The notes beneath the pieces are model-generated. The model was not told the DNA's origin, did no database searches, and saw only the letters and a program-made list of their open reading frames with translations. This document shows, piece after piece, positions 48,318 to 58,305 of a DNA stretch of 64,000 nucleotides. Each line of letters begins with the position of its first letter. Position 1 is the stretch's first letter. The position numbers and the translations under genes were made by a program. The stretch is from Promethearchaeota archaeon. Its GTDB lineage: Archaea; Asgardarchaeota; Hermodarchaeia; Hermodarchaeales; Hermodarchaeaceae. The DNA lies in contig JBHLPH010000006.1 in NCBI GenBank assembly GCA_048939625.1, forward strand, positions 48,650 through 112,649, in the 5' to 3' direction.

Positions 48318-50228
48318 TTATACTGTTAACTGATCTGCTACGTCTTTAAGTCCAAGTTCTTCGAGTTTTTTCCGTGTTGGGATACTAGTCTTTTTGTCCC
48401 ATCCACAAGCATCATAGAATTCGTCGAGCATTCCGTCAAGGTCCTTGATAGCTTGTCCTTTTGCTGGACCTGTTGCAACGGGTTCTCTGATTTTTTGAGG
48501 AAGTGTATCATCTTTTCTTGTAAGACCTTCTCTAACGTTGAAGCATTTTTCGAGGTTCAATATTCTTTCTGAAATTTTCATTAATTCAAATTGGTCAATC
48601 TTACGACCAGTAAGCGCTGAGAGTATCCATGCAAATCTCTTCGGAGTTAAACAATTTTCTTCAGTTCCATAGGCTGTAAATCTGCAAACACCAGTAGTGT
48701 CTTGGATAATCCCAAGATGCATTAGCAGTTTTACAGCTAAGCCTTTTTCTACACCTGTTTCATCAAATCTATCGGGAGGTGGAAATGGAAGACCCAACTC
48801 TATGAGCCCACCTGTCCACCTATTAAATTCCCATAATCCTGTCAAGAAAGGATGTTTGTGACAGGCACCTCTCGGAGAGGTGGCATACAATATGGCTACT
48901 GACTTAGCCTCAGCTCTCGGATCATGTGCAGGGATTTCTAAACCCTTGACATGTAATGCTAATTCCTCGGCCCCCTTCCCTATTTTTGCAGCAGCACGTT
49001 TAACGCCTTCAGCTAACAAGTCTCCTATGCCTTCCCGTGCAACAATGTTCTCTATCAAATTAATTATGGTTTCACTATCTCCCCATTTAAGCTCAAGGCC
49101 ATTTGTATCGGCGGTCGTAAGTAAACCCTTTTCAAAGCATTCCATCGCAAATCCAATCACATTGCCTGCTGAAATAGTGTCTATCCCGTAGTTATTACAG
49201 AGATGATTCGCTTTTACAATTGCTTCAAGATTATCGTGCGAGCACCATGAACCAAGCATGGCTGCGGTTTCATATTCCGGACCTTGATGAGGTGGTGTTG
49301 CCCAGGGACCAGCTTTCACTTCGGAATATCGATCGCATGCCATTGGGCAACTATAGCAACCGCGTCTTTTTAGGAAGAAGGTGTGTGCTAATGCTTCTCC
49401 GGAGATTTTATGAGCATTTTCAAAATAAGCGGTATAGCCTTGTTTCGTTGGTAAAGCACCTTGGCTATTGTACACATTGACTAATCCAAGTGTTCCGAGG
49501 GGAATAATCAAATGCTTATTAGGCATATTCTTGTTAAGTGCTTCTTCAGCATCTGTTATGGCTTTTCCAAATTCCTCAGGCTGGGCGATAGAAATTTCTT
49601 GAGTACCATTCACTGCTATTGCTTTAACGTTCTTAGAACCCATAACTGCACCAGGTCCGCATCTGGCTGCTGCATTGTCCCTGTCGTTCATGACAGCAGC
49701 AAATCTTACCAACTTTTCACCCGCTGGTCCAATGCATGCCACAGACGCTTCTGGATCATCAATCATTTCCAAAACAAGATCTGTGGTGTCATAAACGGGT
49801 TTGCCCCACAGGTGCTTTGCATCTCTGATTTCAGCTTCCCCGTCGTGAACCCATAAGTAGACTGGTTCCTTTGCTTTTCCTTCCAAGATTACAAAGTCAA
49901 ATCCAGCGAATTTTAATTTAGGACCAAAATAGCCGCCAGCCCGCGATTCTGCCCAGCCTCCTGTTAATGGCGACTTTGTACAAATTTCGTAGCTACCTGA
50001 ACCGGGACAAAGGGTTCCTGTAAGTGGACCGGTCGCAAAAATCAGCTTGTTTTGGGGACCTAGTGGATCGATGCCTGGTTTGAGCTCTTCCCAAAGAACT
50101 CCTGCAGCGTAACCCGTGCATCCGAGGTATTTGTCAATGAGGTCCTCCCTTACTTTTTCAATCAAAATCTTGTTTTTGCTCAAGTTGACACGCAAAACCT
50201 TACCAGCATAACCGAATAATTGTTTCAT
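48318..50228 (-). CDS. aor: Tungsten aldehyde:ferredoxin oxidoreductase family protein (second copy)
   Basis: GYAGKVLRVNLS, KSPLTG, MGSKNVKA, CYSCPMAC, GPEYET, RGACH, GVCRF. Confidence 0.9.
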   Translation of the reverse strand: MKQLFGYAGKVLRVNLSKNKILIEKVREDLIDKYLGCTGYAAGVLWEELKPGIDPLGPQNKLIFATGPLTGTLCPGSGSYEICTKSPLTGGWAESRAGGYFGPKLKFAGFDFVILEGKAKEPVYLWVHDGEAEIRDAKHLWGKPVYDTTDLVLEMIDDPEASVACIGPAGEKLVRFAAVMNDRDNAAARCGPGAVMGSKNVKAIAVNGTQEISIAQPEEFGKAITDAEEALNKNMPNKHLIIPLGTLGLVNVYNSQGALPTKQGYTAYFENAHKISGEALAHTFFLKRRGCYSCPMACDRYSEVKAGPWATPPHQGPEYETAAMLGSWCSHDNLEAIVKANHLCNNYGIDTISAGNVIGFAMECFEKGLLTTADTNGLELKWGDSETIINLIENIVAREGIGDLLAEGVKRAAAKIGKGAEELALHVKGLEIPAHDPRAEAKSVAILYATSPRGACHKHPFLTGLWEFNRWTGGLIELGLPFPPPDRFDETGVEKGLAVKLLMHLGIIQDTTGVCRFTAYGTEENCLTPKRFAWILSALTGRKIDQFELMKISERILNLEKCFNVREGLTRKDDTLPQKIREPVATGPAKGQAIKDLDGMLDEFYDACGWDKKTSIPTRKKLEELGLKDVADQLTV

Positions 50229-50238
50229 GATTTTCACC

Positions 50239-50733
50239 TCATTTTTGTGCAGGGGTTGGGTCCTGTGTAGGATTCTCGTAAAGTTTGGCAAATGCTCTTT
50301 GCTTGTAATAGGCTGCTTTGTCAGCGTCAATGTATAGCAAGGCTTTTTCTGGACATCGTTTTACGCATTCAGGATCTCCACCACAGAGATCGCACTTAAT
50401 GGCAATCTTCGTAACGGGATCTGTCTTTATCATTCCAATCGGGCAGGTAGGTATGCAAAGGCCGCATTTATTGCATTTCTTAGCATCAATCTCTATCGCA
50501 CCCGTTTTCTTGTTTCTACTTATCGCGTCCTGGGGACATGAGTCAATGCATAAGCCACATTGCCAGCAGATAATAGGTGTATCAATATATGGTTCACTTC
50601 GAATAACGTGGATCCGGGCTCTTGCTGGATTATGCGTTTGATGAAATTTGAAGCTACAATAAAGTTCACAACGCATACACCCAACACACCGATTTGGTAC
50701 AACAACTAGAGTTTTCATTTTTTTACAACTCAC
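50239..50733 (-). CDS. 4x[4Fe-4S] electron-transfer subunit
   Basis: CVGCMRC, CWQCGLC, CNKCGLC, CDLCGGDPEC. Confidence 0.9.
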   Translation of the reverse strand: MSCKKMKTLVVVPNRCVGCMRCELYCSFKFHQTHNPARARIHVIRSEPYIDTPIICWQCGLCIDSCPQDAISRNKKTGAIEIDAKKCNKCGLCIPTCPIGMIKTDPVTKIAIKCDLCGGDPECVKRCPEKALLYIDADKAAYYKQRAFAKLYENPTQDPTPAQK

Positions 50734-51761
50734 TTAGAGGGAGTTAGTACAGATCTCCCCAATATTTTCCCTTGCGTTAGTTGCTCAAGGGCTTCGTTCG
50801 CTTCTTCGAGCTTGAAGGACTTTGTGGTTATTGATTTGACTATGCCTTTCTTCGCTAAGTTTACTAGATCAACAAGCTCTTTGTGGGTTCCAACTTTTAC
50901 GCCCATTATAGTGAATTCAAAATTGACTGCATCATCTGGTACAATTTTCAAGGGACCAGGTCCAACCCCGATTACAAGCAGTCGTCCAAGGTTGGTCAAC
51001 ATCTTCAGCCCATTTTCATAGGTTTGTTCAAAGCCAACAAAATCCAGGACCACGTTGACACCGTTCTCGCCCGTAATTTTTAAGACATCGCTGACGGGGT
51101 CCTTGTTACCATCAACAACGTAATGGGCTCCAAGCTTCTTTGCCATCTCTAGCTTTTCTTCGATTAGGTCTATGGCGATGACGGTTGCGCCCATAGCTTT
51201 GGCGATTTGGATGGCATATGACCCAGTGCCTCCTGCTCCATAAGCAACAACGGTATCACTTGGTGTAACCTTTGCTTTTCTCAACGCTCTATATGATGTG
51301 ACCCCACAGCATGAGAGTGTTGCAGCGTCTTCTGGTTTTAAATTCCCAATACCAATTAGCGCCTTTTCAGGGACTGCTATATATTCAGCATACCCTCCAT
51401 CCCTTGCAAATCCAATTGGACTATTAAGTTTACAGGAGTTTTCATTTCCAGTTCGACACAGTATACACGAACCACACGCGTACGCGGCCCAAGCATCGAT
51501 TAAGACGGAATCACCTACTTTGAACGCGGTGACTTCAGACCCGATTTCTTGTACTTTCCCAGCAACTTCATGACCCAAACTCCATGGGCGTTTTCCACCA
51601 AACTTCTCAGTCGTCAAATTTCCATGTGATAGATGGACGTCCGTATGACACACTCCACAAGCTTGAATTTTGATTAAGGCATCTTTTGGCCCTGTCTTTG
51701 GTACATCAACCTCTTCAAGCTTGAGAGGCTTCTTATATTCATGTAATCTCATTGCTTTCAA
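50730..51761 (-). CDS. Zn-dependent alcohol dehydrogenase
   Basis: GVCHTD, GHE, CGSCILC...C, GAGGTG; heads the adh-FeS-aor-moaD operon. Confidence 0.9.
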   Translation of the reverse strand: MKAMRLHEYKKPLKLEEVDVPKTGPKDALIKIQACGVCHTDVHLSHGNLTTEKFGGKRPWSLGHEVAGKVQEIGSEVTAFKVGDSVLIDAWAAYACGSCILCRTGNENSCKLNSPIGFARDGGYAEYIAVPEKALIGIGNLKPEDAATLSCCGVTSYRALRKAKVTPSDTVVAYGAGGTGSYAIQIAKAMGATVIAIDLIEEKLEMAKKLGAHYVVDGNKDPVSDVLKITGENGVNVVLDFVGFEQTYENGLKMLTNLGRLLVIGVGPGPLKIVPDDAVNFEFTIMGVKVGTHKELVDLVNLAKKGIVKSITTKSFKLEEANEALEQLTQGKILGRSVLTPSK

Positions 51762-51845
51762 CAAAACTCCCTCACAAAACAGAAAGAAAGTGACCATAAG
51801 TCTTATATAAATCGTGCAGTGGATATTGACGGCTGAGGGAAAGCA

Positions 51846-53288
51846 ATGGCTCTCTCTAGAAATCAAATTTTAGGAATAGTTGCTATAGTTATCATTGTTG
51901 CTGCTACTGGCGGCGGTGCGTACTACTACTTCTTCATTTATCAACCAGCGCCACCTACTCCACCACTAAAAACTAGTGTTACGATCGGGTGCGCCCTCTC
52001 ACTTACCGGACCCTATGGCGGTGGTGCAGAACTGCATCTTATCCCCTATTATAACTGGATTGTCGACACATACAATGATATGGGTGGGCTTTACCTACCG
52101 GAATATGGTGAGCGATTACCCATTGTATTGACTATCGAAGATGATGAAGGCAGCGTTGAGAATTTGCTTACAATAACTGAACGTATGATTACTGTAGATC
52201 AAGTTGATTTTCTCTTTCCCCCATGGGGAACAGCTTTGAATTTCGCAGCATTTCCATTGTATCAGCAATATGGATATCCAGTAGTTGCCTTAACAGTTGG
52301 AGCAAATGAGGCTTCAGCGCGAATTAAGACTGGCGAATGGAACTATGTCTTCTTAACGCTGGGTCAACCAGCTCATGTTGGCAATACAATTACAAGCTAC
52401 CTCTCACACATAGATGAAAACATTACCTCTCTGGATTCAATAGGTATAGTGTTTATCGCTGACCAACACGGTGTAGAGTATGGTGGATCAATGTTTAGCG
52501 CGTTACAACTCGCAGGCTTCAATATAACAGTATACCAGAGCTATCCAATTGGTGTTGCCGACTTTACCCCAATCATAAATGAACTTAAGTTATGGGATTG
52601 TGATGTGATGATTGCATCAAGCTATCCTGCTGATGGAATGTTTCTTCTAGGTTCGTGCATAGCACAAGGGTATAGCCCTGATGTTATGTTCTTTGGTCCT
52701 GGAGTAGAAGTCCCATTCATAATCCATAGCGCGTTTACTCCAACACAAACAATGGGAATCCACTTCTATGATGGATACCCTGCCACAGCTTACGACACAC
52801 CAGATTTAGCAGCATGGGCTGATCTGCATAATGCCACCTTCGGTTTCTACCCATTCCCCGCATCAGCTCTGTTCTACTCTGCCCTTGAAGCCTTTTTCCA
52901 AGCAATAGAACAAGTTGGTCTCAATCGAGCCCTAGTAAGGGATACACTCGCTACTGAAACCTTCGACACCGTAATCGGAGACTTGACGTTTGTACCTGGC
53001 GAACATCCTGAGATTCCTGGTACAGGATATCTTACTCAATGGCAAGGCGGAGACATGATGGAAGTTGTGTGGCCACTAGATGTTGCTTCCGCGAGCATAA
53101 TTGCTCCGAAGCCTGTATGGCCACCGGGGCCACCGGGACCAACGGAGTCCCTCGTGCTTCCTAAACCGATTGACCTTTCTAATCGGGAAGAGCGACGCTT
53201 GGTAGAAGTAGGAGATGGAGCTGTTAGGCTGCTGGAATTTGCCACAATGGACATATCATGTCCAAAGGTTTCATGGCGATTAAACTGA
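51846..53288 (+). CDS. Liv-type (PBP1) ABC substrate-binding protein, N-terminally anchored; aromatic-acid-binding candidate
   Basis: N-terminal TM, IGCALSLTGP, DQVDFLFPPWGT, SYPAD, TFDTVIG, QWQ. Confidence 0.8.
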   Translation: MALSRNQILGIVAIVIIVAATGGGAYYYFFIYQPAPPTPPLKTSVTIGCALSLTGPYGGGAELHLIPYYNWIVDTYNDMGGLYLPEYGERLPIVLTIEDDEGSVENLLTITERMITVDQVDFLFPPWGTALNFAAFPLYQQYGYPVVALTVGANEASARIKTGEWNYVFLTLGQPAHVGNTITSYLSHIDENITSLDSIGIVFIADQHGVEYGGSMFSALQLAGFNITVYQSYPIGVADFTPIINELKLWDCDVMIASSYPADGMFLLGSCIAQGYSPDVMFFGPGVEVPFIIHSAFTPTQTMGIHFYDGYPATAYDTPDLAAWADLHNATFGFYPFPASALFYSALEAFFQAIEQVGLNRALVRDTLATETFDTVIGDLTFVPGEHPEIPGTGYLTQWQGGDMMEVVWPLDVASASIIAPKPVWPPGPPGPTESLVLPKPIDLSNREERRLVEVGDGAVRLLEFATMDISCPKVSWRLN

Positions 53289-53346
53289 AAGGATTAGTAG
53301 TCATGAAATCCTCCCCTTTTTTTAAAAAGGCACTGAGGTTTAATTC

Positions 53347-54204
53347 ATGATAGACATACTCATCGGTGGTGCAATATTAGGAGCTATCTTTTCTTTGATA
53401 GCGGCTGGTCTTAACCTTCAATACGGTGTAACCCGAATACTAAATATCGCCCATGGCGAATTCCTAATGCTCGGTGCTTACACTACCTACATATGTTTCA
53501 CATTTTATTTCATCACCCCACTTTTTTCCCTTCCAATTAGTGGAGTCATAATTTTTCTTTTAGGCATTCTAATTCAGATACTCGTTTTTCGCAGGTTGGT
53601 GTACTTATCAAAAACGAGTGAGGAGCTGGAATTTCGGTCACTCTTAGCTTCCTTCGGTCTTGTATTCATTCTTCAGAACGCAGCTCTATTGATATTTGGT
53701 GCCACTCCCCTTGGATACTCGTGGGCTACTTTACCAGTCATTATCTTTGGATACTACTTTCAATTAAACATGATAATAGCAGCTGTCACAGGTATGATTA
53801 TTATCATCGGCGTTTTTCTTTTCTTGCGTTTCACAAGGTTTGGTCTAGCTATGCGGGCTACCGCAGAAGAGCCTACAGGTGCAAAGCTCGTTGGAATCAA
53901 CATCGATAGGATGCACGCACTTTCCTTTGGCTTAGGCGTTTGTTTAGCTGCTTTAGCAGGCTCACTGCTGAGCATGATTTACTTCTCACATCCTTTCATG
54001 GGTACGTCTTACACGTTTATCGCCTTAGTAATAATCATCATGGGCGGTATTGGCAGTTTTCTTGGCAGCGTTGTGGGAGGATTTGTAATGGGTTACATTT
54101 ACTACATCACGTTAACGGTGGATGCCCTCTTGGCTATGGCAGTAGTTTACATTTTTCTCATTATAATTCTTCTAATCAGACCTAAAGGATTTTTCGGGCG
54201 GTAA
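53347..54204 (+). CDS. livH: Liv-type ABC permease
   Basis: GLNLQYGV..ILNIAHGEF, TRFGLAMRA, IRPKGFFG. Confidence 0.85.
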   Translation: MIDILIGGAILGAIFSLIAAGLNLQYGVTRILNIAHGEFLMLGAYTTYICFTFYFITPLFSLPISGVIIFLLGILIQILVFRRLVYLSKTSEELEFRSLLASFGLVFILQNAALLIFGATPLGYSWATLPVIIFGYYFQLNMIIAAVTGMIIIIGVFLFLRFTRFGLAMRATAEEPTGAKLVGINIDRMHALSFGLGVCLAALAGSLLSMIYFSHPFMGTSYTFIALVIIIMGGIGSFLGSVVGGFVMGYIYYITLTVDALLAMAVVYIFLIIILLIRPKGFFGR

Positions 54205-54206
54205 CA

Positions 54207-55280
54207 ATGGTTCAAATTAAACTTCCAGACCTACAAAAAATTACAACTACAGACATACTAAAGATCGTTCCGTTCGTGATAATCATTGTAATCCTGCTTA
54301 TAGCTCCTCTCTTCTTGGGGCTCTATCATTTGTCAATGTTGAGAAGGCTCCTCTTATTTTCAGCGCTAGCTATGAGCTGGTGGTTCTTCTCTGGCGTTAC
54401 AAGGTATGTTTCACTGGGATCTGCCGCCTTTTTTGGAATAAGTTTATACATTGTAGCTATTTTTGGTGACATCCTTCCATTCCCTGTAGTTATACTCCTT
54501 GCGGGTTTATTTTGTTTTGTTATCGCGCTTGGAATCGGGTTAGTGACCTTGCGACTAAAAGGAATATACTTTGCTGTCTTTACCTTCGGGTTGGCAGAGC
54601 TTTTTCACAACCTGGTTCAATGGTATGAAATAACAATCACTCGTACACGTTTTCGATTCATTTTTTATCTTCCCGCTCAATACATCTACTGGTCCGTGCT
54701 AATAGGCGCACTAGCAATTTTTGGATTGATACTTCTATTAAGAAGGACTAAACTTGGTCTAGCTTTGAGATTGATAGGTGAAAACGAGGAAGCTGCGGCT
54801 CATATGGGTGTAAATGTCAGTCTGTATAAAACCCTCGGTTTCGCGATTAGCTCGATGTTTATGGGTTTAATTGCAGCTTGCTATGCGCCAAGATTTCCGT
54901 TTATTGATCCGGCAATTGCTTTTAGTGCAGAATATTCTTTGCAGCCTGCAATAATGGCGATGTTAGGCGGAGTTGCATTCCTTCATGGACCTATCTTGGG
55001 AGCAGTTACCGTTATATTGTTGAATGAGTATCTACGCACAATAGCTACAGAAATCTTCATGATTCTACTCGGGATAATTGTTATCTTTATTGTTCTGTTC
55101 ATGCCTGATGGAATAGCGGGAATCATTGAGAAAACCAGGATAATAATAAAGAAAGAAGGAATGGCGGGAATCATTGAACGGATAAAGGACGGAATTACTG
55201 GATTTATTGAGCGGATGAAGAACATATTACGGTTAGATGGAAAAAAAGAACAGATTAAAGGCCCAGAAACGCCTCCTTAA
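54207..55280 (+). CDS. livM: Liv-type ABC permease with repeated C-terminal extension
   Basis: VSLGSAAFFG, LRLKGIYFA, ENEEAA..MGVN, GPILGA. Confidence 0.85.
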   Translation: MVQIKLPDLQKITTTDILKIVPFVIIIVILLIAPLFLGLYHLSMLRRLLLFSALAMSWWFFSGVTRYVSLGSAAFFGISLYIVAIFGDILPFPVVILLAGLFCFVIALGIGLVTLRLKGIYFAVFTFGLAELFHNLVQWYEITITRTRFRFIFYLPAQYIYWSVLIGALAIFGLILLLRRTKLGLALRLIGENEEAAAHMGVNVSLYKTLGFAISSMFMGLIAACYAPRFPFIDPAIAFSAEYSLQPAIMAMLGGVAFLHGPILGAVTVILLNEYLRTIATEIFMILLGIIVIFIVLFMPDGIAGIIEKTRIIIKKEGMAGIIERIKDGITGFIERMKNILRLDGKKEQIKGPETPP

Positions 55281-55959
55281 CCAGCTTGTTCTCTAGAAGC
55301 TCTGTGCAGTTTCCCTCTAAAGTTACTTTACCTGTTTCCATTACGTATCCTCGATCTGCAAATTTCAAAGCATAATGAACGTTCTGTTCAGCTACCAGGA
55401 TGCTAATCCCGTAATCTTTAAGCTGTTCTATGGTTTTGAAGATCTCCATCGTTAATTTTGGTGAAAGCCCTTGAGAGGGTTCATCTAACATTAAAAACTC
55501 TGGACTTGACATTAGACCTCGTGCTATTGTCAACATTTTCTGTTCTCCGCCACTGAGCGTCCTAGCAAGCTGGTTTTTCCTTTCCTTCAATACTGGAAGG
55601 AGTTGATAAATAAAGTCAAACATCTCCTCTCGCTTTGCCCTTGCCCTTGAACTATAAGCGCCTAGGGTTAGGTTTTCACTCACCTTCATGTGTGCGAAGA
55701 GCTTTCTATCCTCTGGCACATATGATATTCCAAGACCAACAATCTTGTTTGGGGGGAAACCATGAATTTCTCTCCCATTGAAGTGTATAGTGCCAGAGCT
55801 TGGTTGAAGTAGACCTGCCATTGTGCTCAAGAGTGTGGTTTTACCCGCGCCATTTGCACCAATTAGCGCGATAACCTCTCCCTTCACTACATTCATTGAG
55901 ACATCCCAGAGAGTTTGCGATTTTCCACGAAATACGTTTACACGCTGAACCTCAAGCAT
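55255..55959 (-). CDS. livF: Liv-type ABC ATPase
   Basis: GANGAGKTT, VPEDR, LSGGEQKM, LDEPSQGL. Confidence 0.9.
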   Translation of the reverse strand: MLEVQRVNVFRGKSQTLWDVSMNVVKGEVIALIGANGAGKTTLLSTMAGLLQPSSGTIHFNGREIHGFPPNKIVGLGISYVPEDRKLFAHMKVSENLTLGAYSSRARAKREEMFDFIYQLLPVLKERKNQLARTLSGGEQKMLTIARGLMSSPEFLMLDEPSQGLSPKLTMEIFKTIEQLKDYGISILVAEQNVHYALKFADRGYVMETGKVTLEGNCTELLENKLVKEAFLGL

Positions 55960-56683
55960 AATCCTCACCAAGATAGGCTTCAATGACGTGGGTGTTCTCA
56001 GCTACCTCTTTTGGTGTCCCCTCAGCAATCTTCACGCCATGATCAAGTGCCATGATGCGATCTGCAGCTTCCATCATGACCCGCATGTTGTGCTCTATCA
56101 TGAAGATGGTTGTCCCGCCACTATCACGAAGGTCCCGGACAACTCCAAGCATTTGTGTTAATTCTGTGGGATTTAAGCCAGCCATTGCCTCATCTAATAG
56201 TAAGAGCCGAGGTTTCGTGGAGAGCCCCCTCACAATTTCGAGGAGGCGCTGCTCAAACGCCGTTAATTGGGAAGCAGGTATATTGCCTTTCTCAGCCAGT
56301 CCAAACTTTTCTAATATTTGTGTGAGCTCAGGTTCAATCTCGGAAAACCCCTGATCCTTATTGCACCCGAAGCAAGCAGCGGCTAGCACATTCTCAAACA
56401 CGGTCATGTTAGGAAACGGTTTAGGGATCTGAAAAGTCCTTGCCAGTCCTAACTTACAAATTTTATGAGGTTTAAGACCTGAAATGACCTTTCCATCAAA
56501 CTTTATCATACCAGATGTCGCAGGGAGCGCACCAGACACCAGATTAAACAGTGTGGTCTTACCCGCACCGTTAGGCCCTATCAATCCAAGTATCTCGCCC
56601 TCATTGACAACAAAGTCCACGTCGCGTAGAGCAACAAGCCCGCCGAAGCGCTTACTTATTCCTTCCCCTTCAAGCAATCGCAT
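55952..56683 (-). CDS. livG: Liv-type ABC ATPase
   Basis: KRFGGL, GPNGAGKTT, ARTFQ, LLDE.MAGLN, IEH, EAYLG. Confidence 0.9.
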   Translation of the reverse strand: MRLLEGEGISKRFGGLVALRDVDFVVNEGEILGLIGPNGAGKTTLFNLVSGALPATSGMIKFDGKVISGLKPHKICKLGLARTFQIPKPFPNMTVFENVLAAACFGCNKDQGFSEIEPELTQILEKFGLAEKGNIPASQLTAFEQRLLEIVRGLSTKPRLLLLDEAMAGLNPTELTQMLGVVRDLRDSGGTTIFMIEHNMRVMMEAADRIMALDHGVKIAEGTPKEVAENTHVIEAYLGEDYA

Positions 56684-56898
56684 AGATGCTCCTTTCTGAT
56701 TATCATCTATAAATAATTTCATTGCATCCCTGATTCTTATCACCCTGCCATCCCCTTCACCGTTTTAGACTTGAAATAATACAGCAGACCAAAATTCACA
56801 CGCTACCTAAACCAGAACTTTGCTGGTAGACATGTCCACTTGTGTTGAAATACCGAGATAAGCCATATCGACGACGATAGCTTGCGCTCAAGTGAAAT

Positions 56899-56982
56899 AA
56901 AAAAAAGGTGGGAGCCAGTTTAACTGGGATTAGAGATTATGATAGCGATAATCTCTAATCGAATAGCCTGAGCTTCTCCCAC
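56899..56982 (-). terminator. Branched stem-loop plus T8 tract after the sulfurtransferase gene
   Basis: Outer GTGGGAG/CTCCCAC stem enclosing a 13-bp inverted repeat (GATTAGAGATTAT/ATAATCTCTAATC) and CCAGTT/AACTGG. Confidence 0.55.
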
Positions 56983-56987
56983 GTCTG

Positions 56988-58007
56988 TCATTCTATAGGT
57001 AGTTCACCTGAAGCTGTCCACGCTTGCCACGAGCCGTCATATACCTTGACATTGTAGTATCCAAGTACCTCACTGAGTACAAAGAACACTGTACTGGCAT
57101 AACCACCTACGCCACAATAGACAATGATTTCTTTGCGGCACCACCGAGTATACCAGCGGCTGCCAACAACATCTAATGCCATTTCCCTAAGGGTAGAAAT
57201 ATCTTTGTAAGTGGCGTATTCTAACATGGTTCCTGTAGCATCAAGGTAATGAACCCAGAGCGTAGGAGTTGGTAAATTCCTTGCCCCTGGAATATGACCG
57301 CCTGTCGGGTTTGGAGGCCAAGGCTCAACTACTATGCCGGAGTAAACGACTTCGTCTCTGGCATCGACGATTATGGCTTTACCAAGTCTACTTTCGACAT
57401 AGGCAGTATCAACAATCATCGATGCTTTCACTCGTCCATTGTACGTTACCGGGTTTATCTCAGGTACTTCCGTGGTTACAGGATATCCATCATTTACCCA
57501 TACCTCGAATCCGCCATCTAGGACGCCAACTGTATTGACACCAGCATAAACTAACGTCATAGCCACTCTAGTGATATCAGCGGTGTTATAGAGACCGAGT
57601 GGAGGTACCCCAGGTATATCATATATACCGCTTGTCGAACCAACCACAACTACTTTGGATCTCTTTGTTATACCTGCAGAGCCAAGAAGATCAAATAGAT
57701 ACTCATCGTCAGGCAATTCCATCCATGGTAAATCTTCCCCAAAGGGAGGATTCGTGATCCAGAGGCCCCCTGGGAGATTTATCGCTCCAGGAATATGATT
57801 TGCTGCGTAATCGTCAGCAACTCTGATATCGATGATGACAAGTTCTGGATGATTAAGGTGTTTGTTTAGCCAGTAGGTGGAAACAATAGGTTTCATATGT
57901 AGATGCTGAGAAAACCAAGGTCGGTAACAAGCTTGTGTAACCACTGGCGCTACCAACATTATGGCTAAAGCAAGTGTGAACAAGACTAGTATCGGTTTTC
58001 TTTTCAT
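56988..58007 (-). CDS. Tandem rhodanese sulfurtransferase with N-terminal signal peptide
   Basis: HIPGA twice, VLDGG, VDAR, YCGVGGYAS active-site loop, YDGSWQAW; MKRK plus hydrophobic leader. Confidence 0.85.
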   Translation of the reverse strand: MKRKPILVLFTLALAIMLVAPVVTQACYRPWFSQHLHMKPIVSTYWLNKHLNHPELVIIDIRVADDYAANHIPGAINLPGGLWITNPPFGEDLPWMELPDDEYLFDLLGSAGITKRSKVVVVGSTSGIYDIPGVPPLGLYNTADITRVAMTLVYAGVNTVGVLDGGFEVWVNDGYPVTTEVPEINPVTYNGRVKASMIVDTAYVESRLGKAIIVDARDEVVYSGIVVEPWPPNPTGGHIPGARNLPTPTLWVHYLDATGTMLEYATYKDISTLREMALDVVGSRWYTRWCRKEIIVYCGVGGYASTVFFVLSEVLGYYNVKVYDGSWQAWTASGELPIE

Positions 58008-58305
58008 TTTTGCTTCTCCTTTTGCTGAATGATGAATGAAAGTGTTCTTCGTTCTCTCTTTCAGCCTTTCATTCCATTAGTTCCGTCTAGCCCATCCCGC
58101 TTTTATCCACTCATCCATCAACCCCGCTTATGGCTGCTTATTGTTTATAATCATTATGGGTTGTTTTTTTCATTTTTAGAATCATTTTTGTCATTTCTTT
58201 TCAATTTTCATTATCATCTAATCAAAGAAATCGAAAAAGAAATGGAAGCGGGGTTTATGAAAGAGGAAATGCAAAAACCCCTTTTATCTAGAATTCTACG
58301 AAATT

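Noticed and set aside
40405-50228. AORs as BamB (class II benzoyl-CoA reductase)
   Set aside because: No BamC-I/Hdr-like partners; neighbours (ADH, FAD subunit, MoaD) fit aldehyde oxidation, and a class I BCR is already present. A phylogeny would be needed to exclude it fully
56899-56990. SECIS element after the rhodanese TGA
   Set aside because: The TGA falls at the natural end of the domain and the structure lacks the AUGA/GA core; a terminator fits better
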